Positions 1-7,495 of a DNA stretch of 26,048 bases are shown here, one piece after another. Made by a program: the position numbers and the translations under genes. Numbering within the stretch: the stretch's first letter is position 1; every line of letters begins with the position of its first letter. The notes beneath the pieces are model-generated. The model was not told the origin of the DNA and did no database searches. It was given only the letters and a program-made list of their open reading frames with translations. This DNA is from a virus. Lineage: Duplodnaviria > Caudoviricetes. Location: the IMG/VR virus record IMGVR_UViG_3300032261_000065, positions 1 to 26,048 of that record. The stretch is one strand, 5' to 3'.

Positions 1-372
1 CGGGGGGGGGGCGCGACGATCGACCCGCGCACCGGGGAGCCGCTGCCGCAAGGCGCCGACGCCTACGCTTTGACGGTGAAGCCGCACGGGCTCAAGCAGG
101 TGCAGATACCGGAGGGCGCGAGCGCGGCCGAGTTCAGCGCGGCGATGGATGAGGCCAAGGCACGGTTCGCCCGTGAACTGGAGAAGGGCCAGCATTACCT
201 GGGCGTGTTCCACGACGATGAGAACCACCGGATCGACATCGACCCGGTGATCGTCGTCGGGACGATGCACGAGGTCGAAACCATTGGGAGTTACAGCCAC
301 GCGATCGGGGGGGCCTACCACTTCGCTACCGGCGACGGCGCCTGGCCACCTTATGTCGATCCGAAGCTCTGA
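1..372 (+). CDS. C-terminal part of a hypothetical phage protein (5'-truncated)
   Basis: Frame open from base 1 (RGGGATIDPRTGEPLPQGADAYALTVKP...YLGVFHDDENHRIDIDPV...) to TGA at 370-372; coding-like GC3; the track start at 70 is probably internal. Confidence 0.75.
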   Translation, partial: RGGGATIDPRTGEPLPQGADAYALTVKPHGLKQVQIPEGASAAEFSAAMDEAKARFARELEKGQHYLGVFHDDENHRIDIDPVIVVGTMHEVETIGSYSHAIGGAYHFATGDGAWPPYVDPKL

Positions 373-397
373 CCTGGGGGTTTGGTAGCCTCCGCCC

Positions 398-871
398 ATG
401 CCACGAGTGCTCACCGCCGACCGCCAGCAGTACGAGCGCGCCCGTCAGGAGCGCCGCCGCACCGATCCTGAGTACAAGCGCAGGCGCAACGCTCGGGCAC
501 GCCAGCGGTACGCCGAGGACCCGGAGTACCGGGCGTGGGTGCGGGCCTATCAGAGCGCGTACCGCAAGCGCGGCGGGGTGGATCTGAACACCCGGCGGAC
601 GCGGATCGCTCGGGGGATGACCTGGACGCCAGCGGAGGAGGCCGCGTTCATCGCGGCTACGGTGTGCGAGGTGTGCGGCGGGCCGCCGACTAAGCGGGGC
701 CTGTTCGCTGATCACTGTCATGACTGCCGCCGCTACCGTGGCCCGCTCTGTCATCGGTGCAACGCCGATGAGGGCGTGCTGCGGAAGTGGGGCGCGGTGT
801 GCCCGCCGGGCAGCCCAATGCGGATCTACATGGACCGACACGCTTGTGAGGGGGTGCCGCGTGCCGCCTGA
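398..871 (+). CDS. Endonuclease VII-family (His-Me finger) nuclease, probably a free-standing homing-type endonuclease
   Basis: CEVC...LFADHCHDCRRYRGPLCHRCN matches the T4 endonuclease VII pattern CxxC...DHxH...RGxLCxxCN; Arg-rich helical N-terminus. Confidence 0.88.
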   Translation: MPRVLTADRQQYERARQERRRTDPEYKRRRNARARQRYAEDPEYRAWVRAYQSAYRKRGGVDLNTRRTRIARGMTWTPAEEAAFIAATVCEVCGGPPTKRGLFADHCHDCRRYRGPLCHRCNADEGVLRKWGAVCPPGSPMRIYMDRHACEGVPRAA

Positions 872-1547
872 CAAGCGCAAGGTGCATTTCAAGGGGCCGG
901 GCGCCTGGCTGTCGCAGGCGGAGGACGCCCAGGCCGAGACGGCGCCCCCGGCGGCAGCTTTGGAGCCGCACACGATCCAGCGGGGCCTGGACTGGGCGGC
1001 GGAGGAGTACGAACTGCTGCGCGCGTTCAACCCGCGTGAGCCGCGCGACGCGCACGGCCACTGGGTGCACGGGGCGGGGCATGTGCAGACCCTCGCCGGG
1101 CTCGGCCAGGGCAAGCGTGCCCCGGCGGGCGGGGAGGGGATGCGCGGGCCGGACCCGACGGTGGCCCAACTGGCGACGATGGTCCGCGATCTCCAGCAGC
1201 AGGTCGCGGCGCAGCAGCGGCGGCTGCACGTCGAGGACACCCGGCGCGGGGATCAGTTGCACGACGTGGTGGACAACATCCGCACCGAGCACGCCAAGCT
1301 GATCGCCGGGGAGCGCGCGGATGTGAAGGTGTCGGGGATCAGCGACGAACGGCGCAAGATCATCGTGGAGACGCTGGCGAACGTGCTGGGCCTGCTGGCG
1401 GTGGCGGGGCTGATCCTGGCCACGGCGGGGATGGCGCTGCCGCCGCTGGCGGCGGCGGGGGTCGCGGTCGGGCCGCTGATCGGCGGCGAGGCGGTCAAGC
1501 TGCTGCATGAGCGGCACCTACAGAAGCAGGCGGCCCGTGGCAAGTGA
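861..1547 (+). CDS. Hypothetical protein with RAFNP motif, coiled coil and C-terminal hydrophobic hairpin (putative membrane protein)
   Basis: GTG at 861 after GAGGGGG, overlapping the upstream gene end; RAFNPREPRDAHGHW; LANVLGLLAVAGLILATAGMALPPLAAAGVAVGPLIGG hydrophobic stretch. Track start 720 is unlikely. Confidence 0.75.
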   Translation: MPPDKRKVHFKGPGAWLSQAEDAQAETAPPAAALEPHTIQRGLDWAAEEYELLRAFNPREPRDAHGHWVHGAGHVQTLAGLGQGKRAPAGGEGMRGPDPTVAQLATMVRDLQQQVAAQQRRLHVEDTRRGDQLHDVVDNIRTEHAKLIAGERADVKVSGISDERRKIIVETLANVLGLLAVAGLILATAGMALPPLAAAGVAVGPLIGGEAVKLLHERHLQKQAARGK

Positions 1548-2679
1548 TCAGGTAGTGGCGGAGATGACGCGGCTGATCGCGGCTGTCACCGGGGTGGGCG
1601 AGGCCGACGCGGCGAAGGCGGCTGCGGAGGTTGTGGCGGACGCGGCGGATCAGGTGCCCGGTGGTGATGCGAGCCCAAAAGCGAGCCGGGCGTTCAACCC
1701 GCGCGAGCGGCGCGACCCCCACGGTAAGTGGAGCCGGGGCGGCGGGGAGGCGATGAGCCTGGCCGGGGCGGTGGGCAAGGTCAAGGGCGCGCTGGCCGAC
1801 ACCGGGGACCCCGGCAGCGAGGACGCGATGATCGGCGCGGGCCACCAGGCGAGCCCGGCGGTGCAGGCGATGGCGCAGCGCGCCGCGACGGCGGTGGCGG
1901 CGATCACGCCGGGGACCGGCGGGGCGTGGAACGGCAGGACGGTGGTGTACCCGGAGTCGGCGATGGGCTCGTGGCTGGGGCGGGCCGGCTGGGATGGGAC
2001 GCTGAATCTGCGCCAAGATGTGGCGCAGGATTTGGAGATCGCGTTCAGCGACGATCCGGCGGCGTCGATCCCCGCCGATTCGGTGAACGTGCTGGAGCAC
2101 GAGATGATCCACCTGCGCGCCCGCCGCCCGGAGTGGGCGTGGGCCGACGCGCAGGCGTACAGCCAGCACAAGGGCGCGGCGAACATCGAGGAGGGGTTCA
2201 CCCAGGCGGGGTCCGAGATGCACGCGCCGGAGTTCATCGGCCAGCTAGGGCTGTCTGACCGGATGATCAGCCAGGTGCCGGGGGCGCCGCCGATCGCGGG
2301 GCCGGGGGAGACGCTGGGCCAGTACGCCGGGCGGCTGGCGACGCCGAAGGGGCTGGACGCCGGCGGCTGGCACCATTACCGGATGCAGACGCGGATGGCG
2401 GCCGGGTGGACGCGGATGATCTCGGCGGGCACCGGGCAGCAGCCGGTGGAGGTCGCCGATGAGATCAACGCGCAGGGGACGGCGGACAAGCCGGCGGTGA
2501 TGGCCAGGCAACTGCTCACGGCCGAGGGGCTGGCGGCGGGCGGCACGGCGCAGGCGGAGAGCCGGGTGGCGAACCTGGCCGGCATGATCGTGGACACGTT
2601 CAAGAAACGCAGCAACTTCGTCGGGCTGCTGACCACGGTGCGGATGTGGGCGGCCAAGGACAAGGAACTGTCGCCGTGA
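1537..2679 (+). CDS. Zincin-like metallopeptidase domain protein with N-terminal RAFNP motif
   Basis: HEMIH (HExxH, 2098-2112) plus downstream NIEEG (candidate third ligand, 2188-2193); RAFNPRERRDPHGKW at 1687-1731; start uncertain (GTG 1537 or ATG 1507). Confidence 0.78.
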   Translation: MASDQVVAEMTRLIAAVTGVGEADAAKAAAEVVADAADQVPGGDASPKASRAFNPRERRDPHGKWSRGGGEAMSLAGAVGKVKGALADTGDPGSEDAMIGAGHQASPAVQAMAQRAATAVAAITPGTGGAWNGRTVVYPESAMGSWLGRAGWDGTLNLRQDVAQDLEIAFSDDPAASIPADSVNVLEHEMIHLRARRPEWAWADAQAYSQHKGAANIEEGFTQAGSEMHAPEFIGQLGLSDRMISQVPGAPPIAGPGETLGQYAGRLATPKGLDAGGWHHYRMQTRMAAGWTRMISAGTGQQPVEVADEINAQGTADKPAVMARQLLTAEGLAAGGTAQAESRVANLAGMIVDTFKKRSNFVGLLTTVRMWAAKDKELSP

Positions 2680-2861
2680 CCCCCGATGAGATCGCGGACG
2701 CGGCGTGGGCGAACCCGGACTCCGCGCCGGAGAAGCTGGCCGAGCTTAACCGGCTGGCCGCCGCCGCGACCGGTGATGATCTGCGCGATATCCAGGACGC
2801 GGCCACGATGGTGGCGCGGCTGATCGACGCGGGCACCGTCCCGCCCCCTGCGCGGCCCTGA
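2676..2861 (+). CDS. Small acidic helical hypothetical protein (61 aa), translationally coupled to the metallopeptidase
   Basis: GTGA overlap at 2676-2679 with upstream AAGGA; MTPDEIADAAWANPDSAPEKLAELNRL... Confidence 0.7.
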   Translation: MTPDEIADAAWANPDSAPEKLAELNRLAAAATGDDLRDIQDAATMVARLIDAGTVPPPARP

Positions 2862-2980
2862 GCGCCCCCCAGCGGCGCCGCTGAATACACCTGTGTGTCA
2901 TCAGGTGGGTGTGTACCCCCAACCCGTTAGAACACGTCCTGGCGTCGCCCCTGCGGCGACGGCGGCGGAGGTGAGAGCGC
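2862..2980 (+). promoter_or_regulatory. Putative regulatory intergenic region upstream of the protease-capsid genes
   Basis: Lower GC; perfect 14-bp palindrome CAGCGGCGCCGCTG (2870-2883); CACCTG-N8-CAGGTG (2888-2907); TAGAAC -10-like hexamer near 2927; GGAGG RBS before ATG 2981. Confidence 0.4.
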
Positions 2981-5356
2981 ATGAGCGCAGACCCGTGGCT
3001 GGCCGATCAGCTAGCCGCCGCTGGGCTCGCCGGCAGCGCTCACGCGGCGCGGTTCGACCCGGCGGAAAAACGCGGCTTCCACGGCAAGTGGGTCAAGGTC
3101 GGCGGCTCCGATTTCAAGTACGACGGGCCGGCGGGCGGCGACGGGCACACCCGCGCGGTGATGGCGGTGGCCGACCTGGTGGACAAGCAGCCGGGGATGG
3201 CCGACGCGGCGACCAACATCCGCAACAGCGCCAAGGCGATGGTGGCCCGCGACATGGCGGCGGCGAACCGGCACCTGGACGGCGCGGCGTACCTGGATGG
3301 GATCTACGCGGGCGGGTTCAACCGCGACAACATCGAGGCGGTGCGCAAGAGCTACGCCGACGTGCCCAAGGGCGCGGTGACCGAGCCCCGCGAGTCGGAG
3401 GTGCCGGCGGCGCTGGGCAAGGGGCAGCGCAAACTCAAGGGCCAGCCGGTGACGCCGGGGGTGGTCGGCGCCTACGCCGGCGCGCGGCGCACCGACGATG
3501 AGGAGAAGCTGCCGTGGCCGCCGTGCTGCGCGCAGGAGATCGAACTGGACAGGGCGTTCAACCCGCGTGAGCTACGCGACCCGCGTGGCAAGTGGAGCCG
3601 GGGCGGCGGCGGTAACAAGCGGCTGCCGCTGGGGCCTGGGCCGCTCACCTCCAGCCCGTCGGGCGCGGTGACGGACTACAGCGGCGGCGCCCCGCTGGAG
3701 GCTTCCCCGTTCAAGACGGGCCGGTGGGTGGCCGCCGGCGACGCGCACCACCTGCACGGGCAGACGGTGACGGGCCGCCACATCGGCGGGCGGGAGGTCA
3801 CCGGCCGGTTCGACCACGGCAGCGCGACGGTGCAGCCGCCGGGCAAGCCGCCGGTCAAGGTGTCGCATGTGCGGAAGATCCTGCACGCGATAGCCGAGGC
3901 CAACCCGTTCGGCTCCGAGAGCCCCCCGGTGCCCAACCAGTACGGCATCGGCGCGGTGGGCCGCACCGCCGAGACGGCCACCGCGTCCAGCGTGCATGAG
4001 CCGATCGGGGCGCCCGGCGGGCCGGGCCTGTGGAAGCACAAGACGTGGCAGCTACCCCCGTACATCCAGCACGTCGCCCATCACCTGATCGACAAGTTCG
4101 GCGAGTCACGCGGCATTGAGATGGCCGTGGGCATCGTCAAGAACTGGGCGGCCGGGCACGACGGCAAGGGCCACCAGGTCACGCCGGAGGTGCAGGCGGC
4201 GGCGGCCAAGAACATCGCGCAGTGGGAAGCCATGAAAGCGCGCACGGCGCACGGTGCCAAAAGGAGTGCAGACATGGGCGACGACGGCCACACCGAGGAC
4301 TGCGCGTGCATCAGCCGCGCCCAGATGGCCACGGCCGACATCAACAACCTGCCCGATGAGGCGTTCGCCTACATCGAACCAGGCGGCAAGAAGGACAGTT
4401 CGGGCAAGACGACCCCGCGTGAGAAGCGGCACTTCCCGGTCCACGACAAGGCGCATGTCGCCAACGCCCTGTCGCGCGCTCCGCAGTCCCCGTTCGGCGA
4501 CAAGGCGATGCCCAAGATCAAGGAGGCGGCACGCAAGATGGGAATCGGGCAGCCAGCGGCCGAGGTCGCGTCAAGGTCCGAGATGTTCCGGTACTGGCCG
4601 CTGGAGGAGTGCCGGATCATGCGCGCCGACGAGGGCCGCGAGTACGCGTCGGGGCGGGTGGTGGAGGCGTACGCGGCGGTGTTCGGCCAGGAGGCCGAGA
4701 TCCGCGACCACGAGGGGCACTACCTGGAGGACATCGACCGGGGCGCGTTCGATGACGTGCTGCGGGTGATCCACCCGGCCCGCAACGGCGGGTTCTGGCG
4801 GGCCACGTGCCTGTACAACCACGGCATGACGGTCCACGGCACCCCGGCCGAGCGGTTCTCCCTGCCGGCGGGGGTGCCGATGTACCTCGGCTCCGAGGGC
4901 AAGGGGCTGCTGACGCGCACCGAGTACGCGCAAACCCCGCTGGGGGAGGAACTGCTCGAACTGGTCAACATGGGCGCGCTGCGCAGCCAGAGCTTCACGG
5001 GCGGGATCGTGCGCAGCGACCCGATGCTGCGCGGCCCCGGCGACCGGTACGGCCGCGTCGGCGGGCAACTCCAGCGGGTGCGCAGGCTGGTGCTCGGCCT
5101 GCGCGAGTACGGGCTCACGCCGTTCGCGGCGTACTCCGGCGCCGAGGTGCTTGGCGTGCGGATGCAGCTTCCCGGCGGCCTCCTGGCTGAGGAGGACTAC
5201 GCCGGGGATGATGATCTGGATGCGGCAGCCCCCGCCGATGGCGGCGGCTCCGGCGACTCCCCCGAAGCGGAGCCCGTGTCCCGGTCCACCGGCAACCGGC
5301 TGTACCGGTTGCGAACCGAGGAACTGCTCAAGCAGCACGGGATCAGCCTGCCCTGA
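2981..5356 (+). CDS. HK97-type prohead (capsid maturation) protease with a ~530-aa multi-module N-terminal extension
   Basis: C-terminal VEAYAAVFG...EDIDRGAF...LYNHG (His)...ALRSQSFTG (Ser)...LREYGLTPFAAY; directly upstream of the capsid gene; N-terminus has two RxFxP motifs and a LPDEAFAYIEPGG...RHFPVHDKAHVANALSR module (DUF6582-like, from recall). Confidence 0.9.
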   Translation: MSADPWLADQLAAAGLAGSAHAARFDPAEKRGFHGKWVKVGGSDFKYDGPAGGDGHTRAVMAVADLVDKQPGMADAATNIRNSAKAMVARDMAAANRHLDGAAYLDGIYAGGFNRDNIEAVRKSYADVPKGAVTEPRESEVPAALGKGQRKLKGQPVTPGVVGAYAGARRTDDEEKLPWPPCCAQEIELDRAFNPRELRDPRGKWSRGGGGNKRLPLGPGPLTSSPSGAVTDYSGGAPLEASPFKTGRWVAAGDAHHLHGQTVTGRHIGGREVTGRFDHGSATVQPPGKPPVKVSHVRKILHAIAEANPFGSESPPVPNQYGIGAVGRTAETATASSVHEPIGAPGGPGLWKHKTWQLPPYIQHVAHHLIDKFGESRGIEMAVGIVKNWAAGHDGKGHQVTPEVQAAAAKNIAQWEAMKARTAHGAKRSADMGDDGHTEDCACISRAQMATADINNLPDEAFAYIEPGGKKDSSGKTTPREKRHFPVHDKAHVANALSRAPQSPFGDKAMPKIKEAARKMGIGQPAAEVASRSEMFRYWPLEECRIMRADEGREYASGRVVEAYAAVFGQEAEIRDHEGHYLEDIDRGAFDDVLRVIHPARNGGFWRATCLYNHGMTVHGTPAERFSLPAGVPMYLGSEGKGLLTRTEYAQTPLGEELLELVNMGALRSQSFTGGIVRSDPMLRGPGDRYGRVGGQLQRVRRLVLGLREYGLTPFAAYSGAEVLGVRMQLPGGLLAEEDYAGDDDLDAAAPADGGGSGDSPEAEPVSRSTGNRLYRLRTEELLKQHGISLP

Positions 5357-5380
5357 GCGGCGGGGAAAGGGAGAAGCCCA

Positions 5381-6877
5381 ATGAGGCTCCAGGAGATGCT
5401 GGACCGCCAGTCGGCGATCCGCAGCGAACTGTCGGACATGGACGCCGACCCCGGCACCACCGAGGAGGGCGACGGCAACATCCGCGACACCCTCATCGAT
5501 GAGTACGAGAAGATCGAGGAGATGAAACGGCCCGTCCTGGCCAGGATGGAGAAGATCCGGCTCATCCGCACGGCGGGCGGCGAGGACGGCGAGGGCGGCG
5601 AGGCGGTGCGCTACGACAACGGCGCCGCGTCGGCGTCGCGCAGGTGGGGCAACGGCGACACGCCCGATTTCATGATGAGGCTGGACCCGTTCGCCGATCT
5701 GGAGAAGGTGCGCGACGGGCTGGTGCGCGGCACCGACATGATCGCCCGGTCGATGTCGGTGATCGAAACCCACCACAAGCGGGGGCTGCTGCGCACTGAG
5801 AGGGCCGAGGAGGCCGCGCGCAAGGTGACCTCCGACCCGATGATCGCGCGGCACGCGCTGCTCACCGGCCACGATGAGTACGTGGAGGCGTTCCGCCAGT
5901 ACCTCAACGACCCGATGGGTGAGGGGCTGCGCGCCGCGCAGCGGTCGCTCACGCTGGGCACGGCGTCGGGGGGGTACCTCCTGCCGTACGTGCTAGATCC
6001 CACCATCGTGTTGACCTCGGACGGCTCGGTGAACCCGTACCGGGCCATGTCGGCGGTCAAGACGACCACCTCCAACGCGTGGCAGGGTGTCAACTCGGCC
6101 GGGGTGCAGATGGGCTGGCTGGATGAGGGTGGCCAGGCCGCCGACCAGACGCCGGCGGCGGGGCAGATACAGATCTTCCCCAAGAAGGCGGCTGCGTGGG
6201 TCATCGCGTCGTTCGAGGCCAACGCGGACACCAACTTCGCCGACCAGCTTCCCCGGCTCCTGGCCGATTCCAAGGACATCCTGGAGGAGACCGCGTTCGC
6301 CCGTGGCACGGGCGGGGTGGGCAACGCCGGGCAGCCGTTCGGGATCGTCAACCGGCTCGGCACCGCGCAGCGGGTCCTGGCCGGCGGCTCGGGCATCCCC
6401 GCGTTCGCGCAGGGCACCGCCGGGGTGAACGGCGGCGGCGCGGGTGACGTGATGGCGCTCAACGGCGCGCTCGGCCCCCGGTTCCGGCTGAGCGATTCGG
6501 TCGGCTGGGTGATGACGATCGCTAACATCAACCGCATCCGCATCGTGGATCAGTACGGCGGCGGGGCCTTTTGGGCGAATTTGGGCCAGGGGCAGCCGCC
6601 GACGCTGCTGGACAAGCAGATCCGCGAGTCGCCGTCGCTGACGCAGACGCCCGGCACCGGCACGGCGCTGGCCGCCGCGTCGGGGGTGTTCGGCGACTGG
6701 AGCAAGTTCTACATCGTGGACCGGATCGGCTCCACGATGCTGTTCGACCCGCTGCTCAAGGGCGCGGGCACGGCCAACATGCCGACCGGCAACCAGGGGT
6801 GGTTCTACTACTGGCGGGTCGGCTCGGACGTGGCCACGGCCAACGCGTTCCGCTGGGCGACGGGCGGTACTGCCTGA
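5381..6877 (+). CDS. Major capsid protein, HK97 fold, with N-terminal scaffolding (delta) domain
   Basis: Charged helical N-terminus, then QRSLTLGTASGGYLLP, WLDEG, FARGTG...QPFGI, FGDWSKFYIVDR, typical of HK97-like capsids. Confidence 0.95.
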   Translation: MRLQEMLDRQSAIRSELSDMDADPGTTEEGDGNIRDTLIDEYEKIEEMKRPVLARMEKIRLIRTAGGEDGEGGEAVRYDNGAASASRRWGNGDTPDFMMRLDPFADLEKVRDGLVRGTDMIARSMSVIETHHKRGLLRTERAEEAARKVTSDPMIARHALLTGHDEYVEAFRQYLNDPMGEGLRAAQRSLTLGTASGGYLLPYVLDPTIVLTSDGSVNPYRAMSAVKTTTSNAWQGVNSAGVQMGWLDEGGQAADQTPAAGQIQIFPKKAAAWVIASFEANADTNFADQLPRLLADSKDILEETAFARGTGGVGNAGQPFGIVNRLGTAQRVLAGGSGIPAFAQGTAGVNGGGAGDVMALNGALGPRFRLSDSVGWVMTIANINRIRIVDQYGGGAFWANLGQGQPPTLLDKQIRESPSLTQTPGTGTALAAASGVFGDWSKFYIVDRIGSTMLFDPLLKGAGTANMPTGNQGWFYYWRVGSDVATANAFRWATGGTA

Positions 6878-7071
6878 TGGCGACCGCCAGCGGCGAGGGC
6901 GAGGCCGGCGTGCGCCAGTGCATGTCGGCCAGCCACGCCGAGGAGGCGGCGCGGCAGGCCGCGCACGACCAGCGGGGCGCGATGCCCAGCGCCGACGATC
7001 ACCCGCTGGCCGGGCTGCCGCAGCCGCCGCCGTCCGAGGCGGCCACCGTGGTGCCAACCGCCTGGTACTGA
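6877..7071 (+). CDS. Small hypothetical protein (64 aa)
   Basis: TGATG overlap with the capsid stop; MATASGEGEAGVRQCMSASHAEE...VVPTAWY. Confidence 0.65.
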   Translation: MATASGEGEAGVRQCMSASHAEEAARQAAHDQRGAMPSADDHPLAGLPQPPPSEAATVVPTAWY

Positions 7072-7087
7072 CCCATCCCCCCCCCAG

Positions 7088-7125
7088 GGCGGCGCGGGCC
7101 GTGTTCCACCCCGGCCCGCGCCGCC
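7088..7125 (+). terminator. Strong GC hairpin, putative terminator or mRNA-stabilising stem after the capsid genes
   Basis: Perfect 14-bp stem GGCGGCGCGGGCCG / CGGCCCGCGCCGCC with 10-nt loop; no U-tract. Confidence 0.6.
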
Positions 7126-7156
7126 TGCCACCCTGCGCGCAGCGAGGAGAACACAC

Positions 7157-7429
7157 ATGAGCCAGATGGAGATGCCCGGCACCGAGCACGCCGACCACGT
7201 GGCGGGGCTGATGTCGGAGGCGCACAGCTACGCCGACGCGCGGATCGCGCACGGCGAGCACGCGGTGCAGGGCGACGGCGACATGTCGCCGCCCTACCCC
7301 GACATGGAGCCCGCGCCGCCGGCCGGTTCGGGCGTGGACACCGACCCGTTCGCCGACCCCGGCAGCGACGCGGAGGAGGCGGGTGAGTCGGCGCGGGAGG
7401 AGGAGGCCGAACGACAAGCCGGCGAGTAA
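7157..7429 (+). CDS. Small acidic, His/Met-containing hypothetical protein
   Basis: GAGGAG RBS, ATG, 90 aa, D/E-rich C-terminus. Confidence 0.75.
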   Translation: MSQMEMPGTEHADHVAGLMSEAHSYADARIAHGEHAVQGDGDMSPPYPDMEPAPPAGSGVDTDPFADPGSDAEEAGESAREEEAERQAGE

Positions 7430-7495
7430 CCGCCGCAGCCGCCACCGCCAGAAAGGACTCCCGCCATCGCTGCCCTGATCAGGCCACGGCCGAAA

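Noticed and set aside
2-11. G10 homopolymer as a phase-variation tract
   Set aside because: At the window edge, in frame as Gly codons, and no context to test it
720-860. Track N-terminal extensions (720, also 6571, 12166, 18639)
   Set aside because: They overlap other genes or lack an RBS; downstream starts have an RBS or stop-start coupling
1020-3610. Motif repeats as a CRISPR array or DGR template/variable repeats
   Set aside because: Irregular kb-scale spacing, all in frame within genes, mismatches not adenine-specific, and no cas or reverse transcriptase gene in the window
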